Position numbers and translations under genes: made by a program. The notes under the pieces were generated by a model. It was not told the DNA's origin, did no database searches, and worked only from the letters and a program-made list of their open reading frames with translations. Of a stretch of 64,000 nucleotides of DNA, positions 58,597-64,000 are shown in pieces (position 1 is the stretch's first letter; each line of letters opens with the position of its first letter). Source of the DNA: a candidate division TA06 bacterium SM23_40 (GTDB lineage: Bacteria; LJUI01; SM1-40); contig LJUI01000010.1 in the NCBI GenBank assembly GCA_001303705.1, positions 193 to 64,192 on the forward strand. Reading direction: 5' to 3'.

Positions 58597-59550
58597 CTAC
58601 TCCCCTGCACCTTCCCTCAGCCACAGGCGAAGCGTCTCGGCGATCGTCGCCGGCGCGTTGCCCTCCGCTCTGTTGTTCACATACAAGTACGCGGCCATCT
58701 CACCCGCAATAGCGCGGCCCATCAGGTTCACCAGATCCCGGCGGCGCCGCGGCCATGGGTCGGTGATCGCCTCGTATGGCTCGAACTGCTTTACGGCGTC
58801 CGCGTAGGTCCTGCCGGGCCGCAGCAGTGCGCGGGCCACCACGATGTCCGTGGTCAGGACATTCTCGTCCTGGGCCTGGATCCCTATGGGGGGCATGCGC
58901 GTCCAGCCGTTGAAGACGTGGGCCACTGAGTGCCGACGCAGGACATCGAAATATGGGCGGCCGAGGAGGTCCCGGTTGCGGATCTCCACCGCATAGGCGT
59001 ATCCAGCCGGGAGCTCGCCGAGGAACCGGTCGAGACGCTCCAGGAAATCCCCATCCCGCCACACGCCCACGGGGAGCGAGCCGAACTCGAACATGAGCGG
59101 GCCAAGGCGGGGGCCGAGGGGTTCGATCCCGGGCAGGAAACGGTCAACGAAGACAGCCGGATCGAGAAAAGCCTCATTGAGAGTCCCGCGGCGTGTTCCA
59201 TACCGCTGGTGTGTTGGATACTTCCAGACCGTAAGCTCTTCAGTCACCTTGAGCCCGAACTTGAAGAATTCAGGCGTCTGGTCTGCCATGCGGCGCATGG
59301 AGGCCGCCGTGGGGAAGGAATAGAAGGTGAAATCGACTCCCACGGACGGGAAGACCTCGGCGTACTCCTCGAGACATTTCGCCGCAAACGCCTTCTCATT
59401 GGGGTAGTCACGATTGTAGACCACACCCTTCCACCCCGCATATCTCCATGAGGAGGTACCGAAGTAGATCTGCTGCTCCCGCGCGAGCGGCCAGCATTGC
59501 TTGAGCCCTTCCCGTACCTCCTCGCGAGACATCAGGTCTTCCTGTTCCAT
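58597..59550 (-). CDS. DUF72 (UPF0759) family protein
   Basis: Start at the second of two ATGs (59550), 5 nt after GGAGG. ..YFGTSSWRYAGWKGVVY.., ..YAEVFPSVGVDFTFY... The ORF-track start at 59889 adds 113 aa of low-complexity sequence. Confidence 0.8.
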   Translation of the reverse strand: MEQEDLMSREEVREGLKQCWPLAREQQIYFGTSSWRYAGWKGVVYNRDYPNEKAFAAKCLEEYAEVFPSVGVDFTFYSFPTAASMRRMADQTPEFFKFGLKVTEELTVWKYPTHQRYGTRRGTLNEAFLDPAVFVDRFLPGIEPLGPRLGPLMFEFGSLPVGVWRDGDFLERLDRFLGELPAGYAYAVEIRNRDLLGRPYFDVLRRHSVAHVFNGWTRMPPIGIQAQDENVLTTDIVVARALLRPGRTYADAVKQFEPYEAITDPWPRRRRDLVNLMGRAIAGEMAAYLYVNNRAEGNAPATIAETLRLWLREGAGE

Positions 59551-59894
59551 CATGACCTCCGCTGCTATCGGTGTCGGCGCCATTATGCCACGGCAGGATC
59601 TACTTTGCAAGTGACAAGTGGGAGTCCGCGTCCACCCCACTGCGTTACGCCTCGCGGAGGAGACTGCGCCCGACAGCGCGGCCTTTCCTGAAAGATGAGA
59701 GGGAGCGGGCGGAACGAGCAGCTGAGGACGAGACAGAGGAAGGAGCGGCAGTGCAGAGCAGCAGGAACAGGGAGCGGCAGAAGGAGGGAGTACCGGCAGC
59801 ATGGGGCAGGTGTTGAGGATGGAGAGAAAGAAGGCATTTGGTTCGCCAGGGATCGGACATTGCAGTTGTGCATTGACAGGGAGGCGCAAAATGC

Positions 59895-59923
59895 TTGACA
59901 GCGGTGAGCTCTTGTGATAATCT
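59895..59923 (+). promoter_or_regulatory. candidate sigma70-type promoter (TTGACA-N15/17-GATAAT/TAATCT)
   Basis: TTGACAGCGGTGAGCTCTTGTGATAATCT, about 175 nt upstream of ATG 60096. Confidence 0.4.
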
Positions 59924-60095
59924 CTATTCTGACGAATCAGGCGGAAGTTCGACGGTCGCGGCCGGAGAGCGCCCTCGCTCCTTCATAGTGCGGGAGGTGG
60001 CAGGGCGTGACTGTCAGCGGCCATCTGAGGGAGCACTTACTTGCGCTGGCTCCTGAGCGCTTCTGGGGGCGGGAACCCTTCAAGGAGGACGCACT

Positions 60096-62216
60096 ATGCG
60101 TATGAGGCGGCTCGCAGGCATGCTGCTGTGCGCGGCTGCGGCGTCCATGATGTCAGGCATGGTCGGGCCGGCCTGGGCAGGTGTAGAGCGAGTCGGTCTG
60201 GTGGAGGTCATGGTGTGCGCAGGCTCACCGGAGAGTGGGCTCTCAGAGACGGCAGCGGCGGACCTGGCGGATCTGTACGGTGAGCGCCAGATGGCGCTCC
60301 TCGCCTATCACCCATCGGACGACGGGCTCGGCACGGTCGAGACAGATGCGCGGATTTCTGCGTACGGTGATCCCGGATTGCCGTTCTGCATCTTTGATGG
60401 CATGGTGCCTGTCGCACACGGCTGGGGGACCGTGCGGCGCGCGTACGAGGGGCGGCTTGACGACCGGCTGGCGCTGGATCAGATGAGCCCGATCGATGTG
60501 GCCGTCGATTTCATCATAGCAGGGCCGGATACCACGGCGAGGGCCCGCGTTCTGGTCGTCGATGCCCTCGGAGCCGGGACCTACGAGGTCCATATGGCAG
60601 TCTTCGAGGACAGCGTGACGCACGAGACCGATCTCTATCGCTATGTCGTGCGCGATCTGCTCGATCCTGAGGCCCTGACGGTCTCCGTTCCGGGCGACAG
60701 CCAGGTCGTCGAGCACACGATCTCAATCGCACCTGAGTGGGAGCTCTCCCGTGTCGGCGTCGTGGCTTTCGTGCAGGATGTAGTATCGATGGAGGTGCTT
60801 CAGGCCGGGGTGTATATTCCCGATGTGCGGAAGGCAGAGCACAATGTCTCCCTGCGCCGGGGAGGGACGAGTCTGATGGTGCTGGAAGAGATCTTCCCCG
60901 GATTCTGGCAGGCGGTATCAGATACGTGCGGGTACCGGAACGTAGGTGCATCGCCTGATGCGGATAGCATGGTCATTCTCCTTGATCAGGATCTCCCCGG
61001 CGGCTGGAGGGCTGACCCGTGTACCGGGGCCATCTGCCTGCTGGGCGATTCTGTTCTCGTCCCGTTTCCCTACCCTCCTGATACGACCGAGGTCCTCCAT
61101 CTCAGTATGTTCCTGGACAGCACACAGGTGCCGGTTAACGACTCACTCATGGCCGAAGCTGCGGGCAGCCGGATCAGGCTCACGGTACGGTCCTACCTCG
61201 ATCCATCCCGTGATCAGACCGTCGAGTATATCCTCGTCACCGATACGATGCCTGATATCATGTTCATCAACGGTGGCGACGAGACCGCGGAGGCTGCGTT
61301 TGCTGGGGCTCTCGAGGAAGGGGAGTACCGCCACACCGTCTGGGATCTGCTCTATCAGCATAGTCCGCAGGCATCCGAGCTGGCCGACTATGACGTCCTC
61401 ATCTGGAACGGCGGCCAGTCAGGTGGGATGACGGCGGGAGAGGAGGCAACGCTTACCGGGTACCTCGACGGCGGGGGAGGGCTGTACCTCTCGAGCCAGG
61501 ACTATCTCGACTACCTACTGCCGGGCGGCAGCACCCTGTCCCAGGACTACCTCCATGTGGGGTCGTGGAGCACAGATGTGGGGTGTGCGGTTGCCACCGG
61601 AGATCCCGGTGACACGATAGGTGACGGCCTGGTGCTCCCGCTCGACTATGCGACCGTCGGATACGATGACTGGTCTGACGAGCTGTACGGCGGGGATCGG
61701 GTCTTCTCGAATCCGGGCGGGAATCGGTGCGCCGTCGCGTACCACTCGGGAGATTCCGGGACGTTTGCCGCGATCTTCACCGCCTTCCCGTTCGAGGCGG
61801 TGAGCGAGGCGGCCCCGGACCCGAACAACAGGGCTACCCTTATGGGTCGAATAGTGGAGTGGCTCCTCTCGCCCATAGCTACTGAGGTGGCGGATGGGCC
61901 TGGTGGCCTCGCCGAGCCGACCGCCTTCTGGCTGGGGCAGAATCGGCCGAATCCCTTCTCGGGCAACACGCTGATCAGCTATGCTGTAGGGCCGGAGAGG
62001 GCGAATGTCTCTATCTCGATCTACAACGTGCAGGGGCAGCTCGTGAGGAGATTGGCGGATGGGGAGCATGCTCCAGGCGGGTACGTCGTCGAGTGGGATG
62101 GCTGCGATCAGCGGGGGCGGCCGACGGGGACCGGGATCTACCTTCTGGCGATGCGGCCGGGAGGAACTGGCGGCGACGAGAAACTGTTATTGAAGAAGAT
62201 GGCGCGCGTCCGGTGA
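60096..62216 (+). CDS. secreted multidomain protein: degenerate thioredoxin-like (SxxS) N-domain, ThuA/DUF4159-like region, C-terminal FlgD-Ig/T9SS-type sorting domain
   Basis: AAGGAGG RBS. Signal peptide MRMRRLAGMLLCAAAASMMSGMVGPAWA. The N-terminal ~230 aa is paralogous to the 62357 gene. C-terminus ..GQNRPNPFSGNTLISYAV..VSISIYNVQGQLVRRL..GGYVVEWDG.DQRGRPTGTGIYLL... Confidence 0.85.
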   Translation: MRMRRLAGMLLCAAAASMMSGMVGPAWAGVERVGLVEVMVCAGSPESGLSETAAADLADLYGERQMALLAYHPSDDGLGTVETDARISAYGDPGLPFCIFDGMVPVAHGWGTVRRAYEGRLDDRLALDQMSPIDVAVDFIIAGPDTTARARVLVVDALGAGTYEVHMAVFEDSVTHETDLYRYVVRDLLDPEALTVSVPGDSQVVEHTISIAPEWELSRVGVVAFVQDVVSMEVLQAGVYIPDVRKAEHNVSLRRGGTSLMVLEEIFPGFWQAVSDTCGYRNVGASPDADSMVILLDQDLPGGWRADPCTGAICLLGDSVLVPFPYPPDTTEVLHLSMFLDSTQVPVNDSLMAEAAGSRIRLTVRSYLDPSRDQTVEYILVTDTMPDIMFINGGDETAEAAFAGALEEGEYRHTVWDLLYQHSPQASELADYDVLIWNGGQSGGMTAGEEATLTGYLDGGGGLYLSSQDYLDYLLPGGSTLSQDYLHVGSWSTDVGCAVATGDPGDTIGDGLVLPLDYATVGYDDWSDELYGGDRVFSNPGGNRCAVAYHSGDSGTFAAIFTAFPFEAVSEAAPDPNNRATLMGRIVEWLLSPIATEVADGPGGLAEPTAFWLGQNRPNPFSGNTLISYAVGPERANVSISIYNVQGQLVRRLADGEHAPGGYVVEWDGCDQRGRPTGTGIYLLAMRPGGTGGDEKLLLKKMARVR

Positions 62217-62356
62217 GGAGGGAACGTGCACCTGGGAGGATGTCAGTTTACAAAGGAAAGGGGGGACGTGCCGGAACGAATGCGAATGCTTGCCGGAAGC
62301 AGCAGGACGTGGAAGTGTCCGGGTGGTCGGAGGATGAGAACTCACCAAGGAGGGTG

Positions 62357-63388
62357 ATGATGAGAGGATTGCGATACTTCGTGCCGGTCGCGATCGCTGC
62401 CGTGATGCTGGCAGCGGCAACGGCGTCTGCCGCCGATCGGGCCGTGCTGACAGAGCTCTTTACGTGGACATCGTGATCGAGCTGTCCAGTCGCGGAAGCG
62501 GCACTCGGCCAGTTGGCCGGGGAATATGATCCGACCCAGATCGCACCGTTAGTGTGGCATGTCGGGAGTGGCGATCCGTTTGCGACCAGCGAGACGTGGG
62601 CTCGGTTCTATTACTACAATCTGGTCTACACGCCCACGTTCATGCTCGATGGGTGGGATCAGTACGTCGGGACTAGTTACTATACAGTCAAATCGAAGCT
62701 CGACAATCACCTGCTCGACCCGAGTTCCGTGTCGATAGATGTTGCGGGTGTGATCGACGACACGGATGGGGAGGTAACTGTCGACGTCACTGCTCTGTAC
62801 ACCATCTCCCAGTTGAATCTGAAGGTCCGGATCGTTCTGTACGAAAGCCGGATCTACTGGGGTGGTAGGTGGTTCGACCACACGGTCCGCGATGTGTTGC
62901 CCGAGCAGAGCATCACGCTGAGCCAGCCGGGCGATCACGTCCAGGTGCAGCGGTCGTTCACGCTCCAGCCCACCTGGGTGGCCGAGAACATGGGGATCGT
63001 GGCCTTCGTTCAGAGCGACGTCGACAAGAGAATTCTCCAGGCAGCCAATCTGACAGAGGCGACAGTCTCCCTCACCCCGCATGCGCTTTCCTTCCCGCGC
63101 GGCAGCACGATGGGGTACTCAGCTCTGCTGATGAGCAACATGGATAGCCCACAGACAGTGGTCGCATACGCCGAGGTCTGGCTCCCGAACGGGAATCCGT
63201 ACCCCGGTAACCCCGTGAAGGGACCTGTCAACGTGCCGCTATCGGCGTATCAGGTGCGGCAGCTCCAGCTCGGGCACCATATTCCGATGGGCGCTCCGCT
63301 CGGCGATTACATCTACAAGGTGACGCTCGAGAACCTCGGCGGAGACGTCATCGATGAGGATGAATTCGTCTTCACAGTGACGGAGTGA
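62357..63388 (+). CDS. candidate selenoprotein: secreted thioredoxin-like protein with UxxC (in-frame TGA at 62474-62476) and C-terminal beta-sandwich module
   Basis: Two same-frame ORFs (62093..62476 and 62513..63388) are separated only by the TGA. AAGGAGG RBS plus ATG 62357/62360 and signal peptide ..AAATASA|AD. The junction reads ELFTWTS-TGA-SSCP, and a hairpin follows the TGA. Confidence 0.7.
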
Positions 63389-63481
63389 GTGTGTGCGTCG
63401 CTGCTGAGAAGTTGATGGGAGAGCGGTGCCAGTAACGCGCCGCGATGACTACCTGGGTACCACATGATTTGAGGGATAGGT

Positions 63482-63514
63482 CAGGCGGCGAGCCTTATCG
63501 TGGCTCGCCGCCTG
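63482..63514. terminator. 13-bp perfect hairpin between convergent genes (bidirectional terminator candidate)
   Basis: CAGGCGGCGAGCC-TTATCGT-GGCTCGCCGCCTG. There is no clear U-tract on either side. Confidence 0.5.
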
Positions 63515-63574
63515 AATTCTACGCTCCGATTCCTCTGGCCGGGTGTCGCCTGCTAAGGCTCCGGGCTCCCGGGG

Positions 63575-64000
63575 TTATGGAAGGGTGATCACGAACCAGC
63601 AGAGGTCGTCGTCGGTAATCATATTGGGCGGCGTGCCAACGCACCCGCGATACTCGTACAGGCCCAGCGGCGCGGTAGCGGGAACAGAGTGATTCACGGT
63701 GCGCTGGGCTGACTCTCGTGGGCCGAGGGACACAGGAACAGGGCCCGCCACCGGGTTGCCGGGGAATGGCTGGCCACCGGGCATGATCACATCAGTCCAT
63801 CCGTAGAAGTCTTTCGGCTCGTTAGTATTGTTCGTCACCGTCACGATGATGCTGAGCGTACCTCCCTGCGGGACGACGGCGCCGGCGGGCCGGACCTCCA
63901 CCTCGAGATCCTTGCCTCCCACGAAGTAGAATGTCTCTCCCGGCCAGGAAAGCTTGTCATAGGCCTCCACGCCCATCACGCCCCGTCCGCCATATCCCCA
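63575..64000 (-). CDS. partial gene (N-terminus beyond window) ending in the shared beta-sandwich module
   Basis: The reading frame is open to the window edge. The C-terminal ~100 aa (..YGWTDVIMPGGQPFPGNPVAGPVPVSL..VPATAPLGLYEYRG..) is paralogous to the C-termini of the 23639 and 62357 proteins. Confidence 0.7.
   Translation of the reverse strand, partial: WGYGGRGVMGVEAYDKLSWPGETFYFVGGKDLEVEVRPAGAVVPQGGTLSIIVTVTNNTNEPKDFYGWTDVIMPGGQPFPGNPVAGPVPVSLGPRESAQRTVNHSVPATAPLGLYEYRGCVGTPPNMITDDDLCWFVITLP

Noticed and set aside
62093-62356. Upstream part of ORF 62093..62476 (MGWLRSAGAADGDRDLPSGD...) as coding sequence.
   Set aside because: It overlaps the end of the 706-aa gene in another frame and is compositionally junk. 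The real start is the RBS-preceded ATG at 62357/62360, at the signal peptide.
62474-62476. Genome-wide UGA reassignment (Trp/Gly code), or two separate genes, as explanations for the in-frame TGA.
   Set aside because: - TGA clearly terminates recF, DUF721, the TPR gene and this gene itself at positions consistent with homolog lengths.
- A 39-codon signal-peptide-only gene followed by an RBS-less, signal-less domain is implausible.
- An assembly error (TGC/TGT to TGA) cannot be excluded from sequence alone.

Overview
GC-rich bacterial chromosome window centred on the replication origin. Nothing here was computed with tools: all calls come from reading the sequence and the ORF track.

Layout. 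The left arm (1-20.1 kb) is almost entirely minus-strand: bactofilin, three tandem M42 peptidase paralogs, parB, parA, rsmG, mnmG (with a perfect parS in its 3' end), an orphan multi-GAF histidine kinase (+), a DNA-repair-type radical SAM gene, ddl, mnmE, jag, yidC, yidD, rnpA and rpmH (hand-found, below the ORF cutoff). The right arm is mostly plus-strand: dnaA, dnaN, an 8.6-kb insertion, recF, a DUF721/DciA-like gene, gyrB, gyrA, SGNH hydrolase, M20 dipeptidase, lpd(-), MMPL/RND exporter(-), creatininase-family gene, a Cys-rich miniprotein(-), tRNA(CAT), tilS, hpt, ftsH, folE, folP, cdaA, DUF2723-TPR, lpxH(-), Hc1-like histone(-), DUF72(-), then a cluster of paralogous secreted proteins. The insertion carries a BNR/Asp-box secreted protein, a Ser/Thr kinase-STAND-TPR protein split into two ORFs, and a GAF-sigma54 activator.

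Most interesting signals:
1. An in-frame TGA replaces the first Cys of an ExFTxTxCxxCP thioredoxin-like motif in a signal-peptide protein (62357-63388). A hairpin follows it, and the neighbouring paralog has SxxS at the same columns. This is a candidate secreted UxxC selenoprotein.
2. A 26-nt repeat (AACC-N8-CCTACCAACGTCCCC) occurs 6 times plus a degenerate copy. All copies are intergenic, and the 6 good copies are co-oriented with the downstream gene. The constant AAC-N16-CGTC geometry resembles an ECF-type promoter.
3. A signalling island interrupts dnaN-recF.
4. One of the three M42 paralogs has lost its metal and catalytic motifs.
5. A 19-nt x3 tandem repeat places TAG in all three frames at the end of the DUF2723 gene.

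No CRISPR array, transposase, integrase or rRNA was seen.
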